Assembly: GCA_964512105.1 (NCBI GenBank)
Contig: CAZEGI010000001.1
Span: 40,534-104,533 of the forward strand
Length of the DNA stretch: 64,000 nucleotides
Source: an uncultured archaeon
GTDB taxonomy: Archaea > Altiarchaeota > Altiarchaeia > IMC4 > CAZEGI01
Direction: 5' to 3'
Under the pieces are notes generated by a model that searched no databases, was not told where the DNA came from, and worked only from the letters and a program-made list of their open reading frames with translations. Positions 46,144-54,735 of the stretch are shown piece by piece. The translations under genes and the position numbers were made by a program. Numbering within the stretch: the first letter of the stretch is position 1; each line of letters begins with the position of its first letter.

Positions 46144-47451
46144 ATGAACGGTGTTGTTCTTATATCGCCTGCGTGTGGTGGGATTGTAGAGTCTGGCGGG
46201 ATTTACTATTCTTCTTTTCCGCTTGGTCTGGGGTATATCGGCGCGGTTTTAAGGGAGAACGGAATCCGTGTCAGTGCGGTTGACTGCGAGGTTGAGAAGC
46301 GACCGTTAAATGAAGTTGAACGTGTTTTAAAAAAAGAGTCGCCATCTGTTGTTGGTATTAGTGTCACGAGCCGGACGCTGCCATTTGTTTACGGACTGGT
46401 GAATCACATAAAACGTTTGGGGTTGGACACACCGGTCGTTGTTGGCGGACCACACATAACTGCTGACCCGGACATTGTTCCTCTGCTTGGTGCGGACTAT
46501 GGTTTTGCCGGAGAATGTGAGTATTCTTTCTTGGAATTTTTGAGCGGGGGGGTTTATAATGCCCGCGTGTCTGATGTTCCTGGATTGATAACGAGTCAGG
46601 ACGGCAGATTACGGGTAAACAAACCAGCAAAAATAACCGATCTAAACACACTACCATTTCCTGGCCGCAAACTTTTCAGGCTAGAGAAATACAAATTTAC
46701 GCCAATCCTAACGTCGCGCGGGTGTTCATTTAATTGCGCATTCTGCGCGCAGGCAGGAAGCGGCGTTCGGTTTAGACGCCCCGAGAACGTAGTTAGTGAG
46801 GTGGAAGAATGCGCAGCGGGGGGTAACAAGATAGATTTTGTGGATGATGTATTTACCGTAGATAAAAAAAGGGTGTTGCGTGTTTGCGAGTTGATGAAGG
46901 ACGCAAAGATAAACGTGAAGTGGGCGTGCACCACGCGCGCAGATTTGGTTGATTACGATATTTTGAGAGAGATGTATGCTGCCGGTTGTTGGTATATTTC
47001 CTTTGGTGTTGAGTCCGGCTCCGAGAGGATAAGGCAAGAAATCGGAAAGGGACTGAGCAACAAAAAGATAATTGATGCGTTTAGGAATTGTAGGATGATA
47101 GGCATCAAAACGCGCGCATACGGTATGTTTGGTCATCCTGGAGAAACCCCGGGGGAGATGAAAAGCACGATAGATTTTATATGCGGTCTGGACGCGACGG
47201 ACGCGTTGTTCATGCCGACGGACATCGTTCCAGGAACGCGGCTTTACACGCTCTCCTTGAAGGAAGGCCGAATAGATGGCGGCGTCTGGGAGAGTTACAT
47301 GCGGGGATTAGAAGAATATCCGATATATATTCCCAAGAACGTATATGTGGAGGAGGTCTTCGGGTTCGTGGAATCTGCTTACCGGTCGTTTTACGGCCGA
47401 CGGGCATACAATAAAATAAAAAACGCCCTTCAAAAATGGATGAAAACATAA
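46144..47451 (+). CDS. B12-binding-domain radical SAM protein (class B)
   Basis: The N-terminal Rossmann-like B12 domain (VVGISVTSRT...VVVGGPHITADPD) is followed by the radical SAM CX3CX2C motif (TSRGCSFNCAFCAQ). Confidence 0.75.
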   Translation: MNGVVLISPACGGIVESGGIYYSSFPLGLGYIGAVLRENGIRVSAVDCEVEKRPLNEVERVLKKESPSVVGISVTSRTLPFVYGLVNHIKRLGLDTPVVVGGPHITADPDIVPLLGADYGFAGECEYSFLEFLSGGVYNARVSDVPGLITSQDGRLRVNKPAKITDLNTLPFPGRKLFRLEKYKFTPILTSRGCSFNCAFCAQAGSGVRFRRPENVVSEVEECAAGGNKIDFVDDVFTVDKKRVLRVCELMKDAKINVKWACTTRADLVDYDILREMYAAGCWYISFGVESGSERIRQEIGKGLSNKKIIDAFRNCRMIGIKTRAYGMFGHPGETPGEMKSTIDFICGLDATDALFMPTDIVPGTRLYTLSLKEGRIDGGVWESYMRGLEEYPIYIPKNVYVEEVFGFVESAYRSFYGRRAYNKIKNALQKWMKT

Positions 47452-49040
47452 GGTGCCGGATCAATCTTGGTTTGCTTGACCGCGTTGGTTGGTACGGTTT
47501 GGAGAAGGAGTTTTTTGATGTTTTGGTTGTTGGTTCCGGCGTTGCTGGGCTTAGAACAGCAATCGAAATCCTGAACAGAAAAGATGTCTCCTTGGCGATC
47601 ATCACAAAAGATTCGAGAGAGAGCAACAGCAAGTATGCGCAGGGCGGCATAGCCGTGGCGCTTGGGGAAAGGGACAACGCAAGACTGCACGTAAGAGACA
47701 CCATGAACGTTGGTGCTGGTTTGTGTGATGTAAGGACGGTAAACATTGTTGTGAAGGAGGCTCCGGAACGCGTAAAGGAACTTGTTGGGTGGGGGTGTAC
47801 GTTTGATAAGTCAAACAGGAACTTTGATTTTGGTCTCGAATCCGCGCATTCGGTGGCAAGGATAGTGCACTACAAAGACAAAACGGGTGATGTTTTGTGC
47901 GATGTCCTGAAGAAGAAGGTTTCAGAGCGCTCTCCGGTGTGGTTTGACGGATGTTTTTGCGTGGATTTTTTGTTGAATCGTGGGTTTGTCGGTGTTCTGG
48001 TTTTGGACAAACACGAGGAACTGAAACTTCTGTTGGCCAAGGCGTGCGTCTTGGCAAGCGGGGGGGTTGGGCAGATATATTCAAACACAACAAATCCTTT
48101 GGGTTCGACAGGAGACGGGATAGCGATGGGTTATCGTGCTGGTGCGTTGCTGCGGGGCATGGAGTTTGTACAGTTCCATCCTACCGCGCTCTCCGCCGAG
48201 ACGGTTGGTGGGCGGTGTTTTTTAATATCCGAATCCGTCCGTGGAGCCGGGGCGTTTTTAGTTAATTCGGTCGGGGAGCGGTTCATGGGTAAGTACTCCC
48301 GTAATAAGGACCTTGCTACGAGAGACGTTGTTTCTCGTGCGATTTGGAACGAAATGTTGGGTGGGCGCTCTGTTTTTTTAGACATGCGTCTTTTAGACGG
48401 GTCTTTTGTAAGGCGCCGCTTTCCGACGATAGTAAAAGAGTGCGAACGGAACGGCATTGACGTCTCCGTCGATTTACTGCCTATTGTTCCTGCAGCGCAT
48501 TACCTAGTCGGCGGTATAAAAACGGATTTGTTCGGGCGGTGTAATATTGGTGGGATTTTTGTTGTTGGTGAAGCCGCATCCACCGGCCTGCACGGCGCAA
48601 ACCGACTTGCATCAAACTCTCTTGCAGAGGCCCTTGTTTTCGGGCGGCGTTGTGGTGTCGGTGTTTTAAGATACATTGAAAAAAACGAACAGAAAAAACC
48701 GGCCCCCCCAAAGGGCAGAAGAGTGCGGCCGCGTGGGTTTTTTGGTGGGGTGTCTAAGATTAAAAACAAGATTCAGGAATCCTGTTGGGGGGGATTAGGA
48801 ATTCTCCGGTCAAGACAGTCAATAACGGACGGTTTATTGATGCTGAAAAGCGTTGAGGGGGAGTTAGGCACTACATTATTTTTGAGTAGGGAGTATTTTG
48901 AAGCGGTTAATATGCTAACCGTTGCGAAACTTGTTGGGGTGGCGGCCATGAAGAGAAAAGAGAGCCGAGGGGCACACTATAGAAGCGACTACCCGAAAAA
49001 AATAGATTCTTGGAGAAAAAACATAAATATAACAAGATAA
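47436..49040 (+). CDS. nadB: L-aspartate oxidase (fumarate-reductase flavoprotein family)
   Basis: The FAD dinucleotide motif DVLVVGSGVAGLRTA, AQGGIAVAL, HYLVGGIKTD and RLASNSLAEALVFG match the NadB/SdhA family. NadB is preferred because of its size (534 aa) and because nadC is nearby. Confidence 0.65.
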   Translation: MDENIRCRINLGLLDRVGWYGLEKEFFDVLVVGSGVAGLRTAIEILNRKDVSLAIITKDSRESNSKYAQGGIAVALGERDNARLHVRDTMNVGAGLCDVRTVNIVVKEAPERVKELVGWGCTFDKSNRNFDFGLESAHSVARIVHYKDKTGDVLCDVLKKKVSERSPVWFDGCFCVDFLLNRGFVGVLVLDKHEELKLLLAKACVLASGGVGQIYSNTTNPLGSTGDGIAMGYRAGALLRGMEFVQFHPTALSAETVGGRCFLISESVRGAGAFLVNSVGERFMGKYSRNKDLATRDVVSRAIWNEMLGGRSVFLDMRLLDGSFVRRRFPTIVKECERNGIDVSVDLLPIVPAAHYLVGGIKTDLFGRCNIGGIFVVGEAASTGLHGANRLASNSLAEALVFGRRCGVGVLRYIEKNEQKKPAPPKGRRVRPRGFFGGVSKIKNKIQESCWGGLGILRSRQSITDGLLMLKSVEGELGTTLFLSREYFEAVNMLTVAKLVGVAAMKRKESRGAHYRSDYPKKIDSWRKNINITR

Positions 49041-49041
49041 A

Positions 49042-49941
49042 ATGAAGGTAAAAGACATACGAATAAAAAACAGCAGCAGGATACGAGACCTAACAAAACA
49101 ACTTCCTGCGACGGGGTTTCAGGCTACGGAAGTTGGGCGGGGCGTAGAATTAATAAAAAGAATGAAAAGGGAAAAATGTACTATTTTTTTGAGTTTTACC
49201 GCAAACCTTGTTGCCTCGGGTCTCCGGGGCGTTATAGTTGATTTCATCCGTAAGGGGCTCGTTGATGTTGTAATAACAACGGGTGGCGCGATAGACCACG
49301 ACATCATACGCTCCTTTAGGGATTACGAATTGGGTGGCTTTGATGCGAACGATGTTCGTTTACATAAACGGGGAATAAACCGGTTGGGCAACATACTTAT
49401 CCCGAACGAGAGGTACGTGTTGCTGGAAGAAAGAGTGCAGGGAATTTTAAGTGATATATACAAAAGAAAGAAAACGATTTCGACGAAAGAAGTTATAACC
49501 GAAATCGCCGCCAACCTAAGAGATAGGAACTCGATTTTAAACAATTGTTATAAAAAAAACATACCGGTTTTTTCGCCCGGAATAATTGATTCCGCAGTTG
49601 GTTTGCAGATGTTTTTTTTCAAACAAAAACACAAGGATTTCGTTCTTGACGCAACGGCGGACATGTCCGAACTTTTTGACTGTGTTTTTGAAGCAAAAAA
49701 AACCGGGGGCGTTGTTCTTGGTGGGGGCATATCAAAACACCATCTCCTTGGTGCGAATTTGTTGCGTGGTGGTTTGGATTATGCGGTTTACGTCACAACC
49801 GCCACACCCTTTGACGGCTCCTTATCCGGGGCGCACGCGAGTGAGGGAAGGGCGTGGGGCAAAATATCGGAAAAGGGAAAGGAGGCCACAATCTACGGAG
49901 ACGCAACCATAATCTTCCCCTTGATCGTTGGAAGTTTGTAG
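49042..49941 (+). CDS. dys: Deoxyhypusine synthase
   Basis: FTANLVASGLRGVIVDFIRKGLVDVVITTGGAIDHDIIRSF...INRLGNILIPNERY matches the DHS family (human FTSNLISSGIRE...VLVTTAGGVEEDLIK...RIGNLLVPNENY). I rejected quinolinate synthase. Confidence 0.75.
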   Translation: MKVKDIRIKNSSRIRDLTKQLPATGFQATEVGRGVELIKRMKREKCTIFLSFTANLVASGLRGVIVDFIRKGLVDVVITTGGAIDHDIIRSFRDYELGGFDANDVRLHKRGINRLGNILIPNERYVLLEERVQGILSDIYKRKKTISTKEVITEIAANLRDRNSILNNCYKKNIPVFSPGIIDSAVGLQMFFFKQKHKDFVLDATADMSELFDCVFEAKKTGGVVLGGGISKHHLLGANLLRGGLDYAVYVTTATPFDGSLSGAHASEGRAWGKISEKGKEATIYGDATIIFPLIVGSL

Positions 49942-50082
49942 TGCCTAACTCACAGCGGATTAAACGGAGCGCACGTTCAAGTGTTTAACGGTTTTGTGTA
50001 GTGCAGCTAAGCGAGTGAAACGAGCGCACGCTGCACATGTTTTGATCAACCTTTTGTTAAAAGGTTGTTGTAGTGCCTAACT
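49936..50082. repeat. Direct-repeat region: TTGTAGTGCCTAACT (49936-49950 and 50068-50082), a degenerate middle copy (49985-50001), a duplicated GAGCGCACG, and hairpin AACCTTTTgttAAAAGGTT (50048-50066)
   Basis: Read directly from the sequence. The first copy overlaps the dys stop codon and the last lies about 28 nt upstream of the small basic ORF. Confidence 0.8.
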
Positions 50083-50109
50083 TTTATACCTGCGTTCGTA
50101 ATGCCTACC

Positions 50110-50280
50110 ATGTACATACGAAAAAAAACCATAAAGGGGAAGGAATACTACTACCTCGTGCGCTCCGTAAGGGAAGGCAAAAACGTAAGGCAGGCGTTTC
50201 TTGCATACCTCGGGACAGAAAAACCGGACAAAAAAGAGCTAAAGAAAATCGGAGTAAAGTACGGAAAAAATAAACCCTAA
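50110..50280 (+). CDS. Small basic protein (56 aa), putative nucleic-acid-binding
   Basis: MYIRKKTIKGKEYYYLVRSVREGKNVRQAFLAYLGTEKPDKKELKKIGVKYGKNKP. It is below the length cutoff of the ORF track. The overlapping 66-aa ORF in the track (50073..50273) is a poly-K/R low-complexity frame and was rejected. Confidence 0.45.
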   Translation: MYIRKKTIKGKEYYYLVRSVREGKNVRQAFLAYLGTEKPDKKELKKIGVKYGKNKP

Positions 50281-51254
50281 ACTGATTTTTTCTCCTTGTT
50301 CTTTCTCGTTTCTTCTGTTGTTTGCGTTTCCCTAAACGCCTCACCCAACGCGGCCATCCCCCCCAACGCCCCGGTCGTTTCCAAAGGGAGAAAAACCTTG
50401 GTTGATTTTCCGTCAGAAATCTTCCCCAGGGCATCAAGGTATTTCACCGCCAACAGGTCTTTTGTCGGGTTACCCTTATGTATCGCCTCGTAAACCGACT
50501 CAATCGCCCGGGCCTCGCCGTCGGCAACCGTTTCCTTCTTATACTTCTCCGCCTCAGCGAGTTTTTTCGTTGCCTGGTATTTTCCTTCCGCACCAAGTAT
50601 GTCTGCCTGTTTCTGGCCTTCCGCACGCAGTATCTGTGACTGCTTAATGCCTTCGGCCTCAAGTATCGCTGCCCTTTTTGTACGCTCTGCCTTCATCTGG
50701 CGGCTCATAGCTTCTGCAATGTCTCTTGGGGGCTCTATTTTTTGTATCTCAACGCGCGTTATCCTAACCCCCCACATATCTGTCGCGTCATCAAGTATCT
50801 GTTTTAACTCCAGGTTAATGCGTTCCCTTGAAATAAGCGTCTGGTCTAAACTCATGTCACCCATTATGTTTCTCAGGTTCGTTTGGGCCAGCTTAACGGC
50901 GGCGTCCTCGAACATGGCGACATTATACATGACCTTGACAGGATCCGTAACCTTAAAATAAATAACGGCGTCTACCCCAACACCAACGTTATCCTTTGTG
51001 ATAACCTCCTGCGCGGGCACGTCTATCAGAGTTTCGCGCATATCCACCTTAAGGATGGCCTCTACCTGGGGGATGATAAAATTTAACCCCGGACCAAGCG
51101 TGCGGTTGTATTTACCCCAACGCTCTACCACCGCGCGCTCATAAGGTCGGACTATCCTTACGCTTCTGATAGCGAACACCAAAACCAATACAAAAAAAGC
51201 AATAAAAAACACCCGCAACAAGGTGTTGCTAAATATCGCATCCATTAGTGCCAT
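50277..51254 (-). CDS. SPFH/band-7 (stomatin/prohibitin-like) membrane protein
   Basis: An N-terminal TM (LLRVFFIAFFVLVLVFAI) is followed by an SPFH domain (IVRPYERAVVERWGKYNRTLGPGLNFIIP...DAVIYFKVTDPVKV) and a coiled-coil tail. The start is chosen at MALMDAIF. Confidence 0.8.
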   Translation of the reverse strand: MALMDAIFSNTLLRVFFIAFFVLVLVFAIRSVRIVRPYERAVVERWGKYNRTLGPGLNFIIPQVEAILKVDMRETLIDVPAQEVITKDNVGVGVDAVIYFKVTDPVKVMYNVAMFEDAAVKLAQTNLRNIMGDMSLDQTLISRERINLELKQILDDATDMWGVRITRVEIQKIEPPRDIAEAMSRQMKAERTKRAAILEAEGIKQSQILRAEGQKQADILGAEGKYQATKKLAEAEKYKKETVADGEARAIESVYEAIHKGNPTKDLLAVKYLDALGKISDGKSTKVFLPLETTGALGGMAALGEAFRETQTTEETRKNKEKKSV

Positions 51255-51372
51255 TTTCTGCTTCTTATATTTACGCAACCAAGCCTTTAAAAGCACAGAA
51301 AACAGGAAGTGACCCCCCACAGGGGCCTTTTTTATACTCCCACCAATAGATAACAATCAACTTATGTGAGGG

Positions 51373-51648
51373 ATGGAAGTGGGCAAACGACTTTCTGAAA
51401 TGTACGGGCTTGATATATACACACAAAACGCAGAACGGGTTGGTCGGGTGGAGGACATTGTCCTGAATCTAGAAAAAGGGGGGGTCATGAAACTCTGCCT
51501 CAAACCACTAAAAGGGCAGTCGCTGCAGACCGAAGACATCAGACAAATACTGCAAGCAGAAAGCATCGGCTATGATGATATATCTGTTATCGGGGAGATA
51601 ATCCTTGTTGAAAAGGCCCCGCAAGCACCCACAAAACTAAAAGGTTAA
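51373..51648 (+). CDS. PRC-barrel domain protein
   Basis: LSEMYGLDIYTQNAERVGRVEDIVLNLEKGGV is the PRC-barrel pattern (G..V....G..lG.V.D...d...G.). Confidence 0.6.
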   Translation: MEVGKRLSEMYGLDIYTQNAERVGRVEDIVLNLEKGGVMKLCLKPLKGQSLQTEDIRQILQAESIGYDDISVIGEIILVEKAPQAPTKLKG

Positions 51649-51682
51649 CTCGTTCTAAACATCTGCATGAATGTTCTAGAAA

Positions 51683-52525
51683 ATGATGCACCGAAAAATT
51701 TTGGAGGGAAAACTTCTGCAATTTGTTAAGGAAGACGCGGGCGTATCTGATATCACCCTGCACTTTACTCCGGATAAAAAGGTCAGCGCGGAAATTATCG
51801 CCAACGACACCGGAATTTTGGCCGGTGCGCATGAACTAAACACACTTTTTGAACTCTTCGGCGTAAAAGTAAAAAAACACTCCAACGACGGCGACAAAAT
51901 ACGGAAGGGGCAGGCAGTTTTCATTCTAACTGGAAACTCCCGCGACATTCTTCTTGTGAAACGAACCGCACTGAGCATACTGTCGAGGATGTCCGGAATA
52001 GCGACTGCAACAAAACAGTTTATAGATTCGGCCAAAAAATCAAATCCTCGGGTTAGGGTCGCAGCCACGCGAAAAACAACGCCCGGGTTCAGATACTTTG
52101 AAAAGTGTGCCGTTAGGGTTGCGGGGGGCGACACGCACCGCTTAACCCTGTCCGAAGAGGTTTTGATAAAAAAGGAACACCTGAAACTATTCAAAGACCT
52201 TGCGTCTGCGATACAGGCCGCAAAGAGACAAACGAGTTTCGTCCACAAGATTGAAGTTGAGGTCGATAAGGTTGAGAATGCGCTAATCGCGGCGAAAGAA
52301 GGCGCAGACATAATAATGCTGGACAACATGTCCGCAGGCAACGTACAAAAAACAATAAAAAAATTAAACGAACTCGGGCTTAGGAAAAACGTTATTCTGG
52401 AGGTTTCCGGCGGAATAACCCTCCAAAACATTCAAACATACGCCAAGGCCGGCCCCGACATCATTTCCGTCGGCGAGATAACAAAAAACACGAAGGCAAT
52501 AGACTTCTCTTTGAATCTGAGATAA
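51683..52525 (+). CDS. nadC: Nicotinate-nucleotide pyrophosphorylase (quinolinate phosphoribosyltransferase)
   Basis: AATRKTTPGFRYFEKCAVRVAGGDTHRL and ADIIMLDNMS are the NadC signatures. Confidence 0.85.
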   Translation: MMHRKILEGKLLQFVKEDAGVSDITLHFTPDKKVSAEIIANDTGILAGAHELNTLFELFGVKVKKHSNDGDKIRKGQAVFILTGNSRDILLVKRTALSILSRMSGIATATKQFIDSAKKSNPRVRVAATRKTTPGFRYFEKCAVRVAGGDTHRLTLSEEVLIKKEHLKLFKDLASAIQAAKRQTSFVHKIEVEVDKVENALIAAKEGADIIMLDNMSAGNVQKTIKKLNELGLRKNVILEVSGGITLQNIQTYAKAGPDIISVGEITKNTKAIDFSLNLR

Positions 52526-52527
52526 GG

Positions 52528-52836
52528 ATGTTCATTCTTGTTTATCTAACTGCCGGAAACGAACAGGAAGCCAAAAAAATAGCGGAAACCCTCGTGACTG
52601 AGAAACTGGTTGCATGTGTTAATTACTTTCCGATTAACTCGGTTTACGAATGGAAAAATAAACTTGAAAAAACAACCGAGTTTGTGCTGATTTGCAAAAC
52701 CAAAAAGGAAAAATTCAAGAGTTTGGAGAAACGGGTTAGGAAGATTCATTCCTATGAGAACCCGGCGATAGTGGCCCTGGATATTGTTGACGGTAGCAAA
52801 ATCTTTTTGGACTGGATAAACGATCAGACCAAATAA
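52528..52836 (+). CDS. cutA: CutA1 divalent-cation tolerance protein
   Basis: VYLTAGNEQEAKKIAETLVTEKLVACVNYFP..SVYEWKNK...E..L..KT matches the CutA1 family. Confidence 0.8.
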   Translation: MFILVYLTAGNEQEAKKIAETLVTEKLVACVNYFPINSVYEWKNKLEKTTEFVLICKTKKEKFKSLEKRVRKIHSYENPAIVALDIVDGSKIFLDWINDQTK

Positions 52837-53016
52837 GATTTTTATTCATAACTCCTAATAGAATTAAAAATGTTTCGTTCTCTATGTGTGGATGGGGTGG
52901 TAAAAGACCCAGTTATCAGTGCGCTAATAACGGGCGAAATAATCGCATTGCTGGCTTTGACCATCCCCTTGGCCATAGCAAGGGCGTTTATGTTGTCAAT
53001 AGGGTTGTAAGACAGG

Positions 53017-53454
53017 ATGACACTGAAGTTTAATCCGCTCATGCGAAGGGTAGAGGTAACCCTTTTGATTTTAGTGTCAATCTCTGCTGTTTCTTTTGCA
53101 GGCTATGCAGTAACAACCAATGAATTGTTCATGTGGAGAAGCATCGCCCTCGGCTTTTCCGTTTCTCTTTTGCTTTTTTTGTTGTACCCGACAGCAAGAG
53201 GCATAAAAAGGGGCGATGTCGTTATGGTTTCGGTATGGCGGGAGATAGAAACACCAACCATTACGGAATCGTACATCGATGACCTACCGACAATCGCATT
53301 GGAAAACGGCAGGAAAAATTCAAGAATACACGTCCAGCTCTGGGATGGAAGCAAAGGCATAGTTGAAATAGAAAGCTACGGTTTTATAACTCCCGCCGAG
53401 GGGAAACTTCTGGAAACGGAAATGCCCGTGAGGAACCGTTATCTAAACCCGTAA
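53017..53454 (+). CDS. Small membrane protein with a C-terminal beta domain (NfeD-like?)
   Basis: Two N-terminal TM helices plus a soluble C-terminus (GIKRGDVVMVSVWREI...GIVEIESYGF). The NfeD assignment is tentative. Confidence 0.35.
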   Translation: MTLKFNPLMRRVEVTLLILVSISAVSFAGYAVTTNELFMWRSIALGFSVSLLLFLLYPTARGIKRGDVVMVSVWREIETPTITESYIDDLPTIALENGRKNSRIHVQLWDGSKGIVEIESYGFITPAEGKLLETEMPVRNRYLNP

Positions 53455-54026
53455 TCCCTAAGAATCTTGCGGCCTTTTGTCAGGTCGATTATTTTTGACG
53501 GTACCCCGTGCTTGCATCTTCCTGCATCCAAAACCAACGAAACGGAATCCAGAACACTTTTTTCTATTTCGTTAATGTCCGCTGGAGCAGGCTTTCCTGA
53601 AACATTTGCAGACGTCGTCACTATCGGTTTGCCAAAATTTTTTATTATCTCTCTAGTCAGAGGATGGTTTATTATTCTGATTCCTACGGTGCCAAGACAA
53701 GCCGTAATCAAGTTAGGCACTACACTTTTTTTCTTGACAATAAACGTGTAAGGCCCATCCATTCTCTCCGCTATAAACCTCTCCTGTTCGTTGTCGATTT
53801 CGGCATATGTTTTCGCCATTTTCAGATCAGAAAAAGCAACAGACAATGGCTTATCCTTCTCACGTTTTTTTATTTCAAAAATTTTGGCAACGTTCCGTGA
53901 AAAAATACTGCAGCCGATGCCGTAAACCGTATCTGTCGGATAAATTATGATGTTGCCTTTTTCGAGTTCATTAACAACCTCACCAACAATATCCTGATTT
54001 TCAGAACCCACCCTAAGAATTCTCAT
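53439..54026 (-). CDS. tsaC: YrdC/Sua5-family L-threonylcarbamoyladenylate synthase (TsaC-like)
   Basis: IIIYPTDTVYGIGCSI, SVAFSD and RIINHPLTREIIKNFGKPIVTTSANVSGKP are YrdC motifs. The start is chosen at MRILRVG (54026); the ORF in the track to 54149 is an unlikely extension. Confidence 0.8.
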   Translation of the reverse strand: MRILRVGSENQDIVGEVVNELEKGNIIIYPTDTVYGIGCSIFSRNVAKIFEIKKREKDKPLSVAFSDLKMAKTYAEIDNEQERFIAERMDGPYTFIVKKKSVVPNLITACLGTVGIRIINHPLTREIIKNFGKPIVTTSANVSGKPAPADINEIEKSVLDSVSLVLDAGRCKHGVPSKIIDLTKGRKILRDYGFR

Positions 54027-54027
54027 C

Positions 54028-54183
54028 TCACGGACCTTCAAATCCGCAACTTCCGCAGACGTACTTTGCACCGAGACCCCGGCAGGAACTGCATCTCGTG
54101 ATTTTTTCCTTACCGCAAACCGGGCAGTTAAACTCGACGTATCTCTCAACTACCTCTTTACCGCAACTGCTGCATTTTTTCAT
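54028..54183 (-). CDS. Four-CxxC zinc-ribbon small protein (51 aa), not in the ORF track
   Basis: Reverse translation gives MKKCSSCGKEVVERYVEFNCPVCGKEKITRCSSCRGLGAKYVCGSCGFEGP. Its stop TGA overlaps the tsaC-like ATG (GTGAGATG). Confidence 0.6.
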   Translation of the reverse strand: MKKCSSCGKEVVERYVEFNCPVCGKEKITRCSSCRGLGAKYVCGSCGFEGP

Positions 54184-54216
54184 GGAAGTAATAATTACGC
54201 AATATCATATTTAAAT

Positions 54217-54735
54217 ATGGCTGAAGTAATCGCAAAGCGGGGTGACATAACAAAACTAACGGTTGACGCCATAGTGAACCCGGCGAACTCATCCGGAACC
54301 ATGGGCGGTGGCGTTGCTCTGGCGATAAAAAAAGCAGGTGGCGACAGAATCGAGGAGGAAGCAGTAAGGAAATCACCGGTTCCGATTGGTGAAGCGGTTG
54401 CAACAGCGGCAGGAAAACTAAATGCCAAGTTTGTAATACACGCCCCAACCATGGAGAAATCAGCAGAGTTAATAACAACAAAAAACGTGCTTTTGGCAAC
54501 AACGGCGGCACTTAATTGTGCCAAAAATTTAAAAGTAAAAAGCATCGCTTTTCCGGGAATGGGCACGGGCGTTGGCGGCGTCCCGAAAAAACAGGCAGCA
54601 ATTGCGATGGTTAGTGAGATAAACAAATTTGTTAAAAAGAACCCAGACGCGTTTGATGCCGTATTTTTGATAGGATACGATAATTCTTTATACACGGAAT
54701 TCGAAAATGCACTCCGAACCAAAGCCAGGAGATAG
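54217..54735 (+). CDS. Macro-domain protein (ADP-ribose / O-acetyl-ADP-ribose binding, Af1521-like)
   Basis: GDITKLTVDAIVNPANSSGTMGGGVALAIKKAGG and AFPGMGTGVGGVP match the macro domain. Confidence 0.8.
   Translation: MAEVIAKRGDITKLTVDAIVNPANSSGTMGGGVALAIKKAGGDRIEEEAVRKSPVPIGEAVATAAGKLNAKFVIHAPTMEKSAELITTKNVLLATTAALNCAKNLKVKSIAFPGMGTGVGGVPKKQAAIAMVSEINKFVKKNPDAFDAVFLIGYDNSLYTEFENALRTKARR

Noticed and set aside
49042-49941. Quinolinate synthase (nadA) expected next to nadB
   Set aside because: The sequence matches deoxyhypusine synthase blocks (FTANLVASGLRG...VVITTGGAIDHD...RLGNILIPNERY), not NadA.
50073-50273. 66-aa ORF in the track (MPNFYTCVRNAYHVHTKKNHKGEG...KRKAGVSC...)
   Set aside because: It is a low-complexity Lys/Arg-rich frame. 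The overlapping 56-aa frame starting at 50110 gives a far more protein-like sequence, so that one is reported instead.
52870-53010. 46-aa hydrophobic micro-ORF (MFRSLCVDGVVKDPVISALITGEIIALLALTIPLAIARAFMLSIGL) in the cutA-downstream intergenic space
   Set aside because: It is plausible as a small membrane peptide, but there is no RBS or promoter signal and no recognisable family. Too weak to call.
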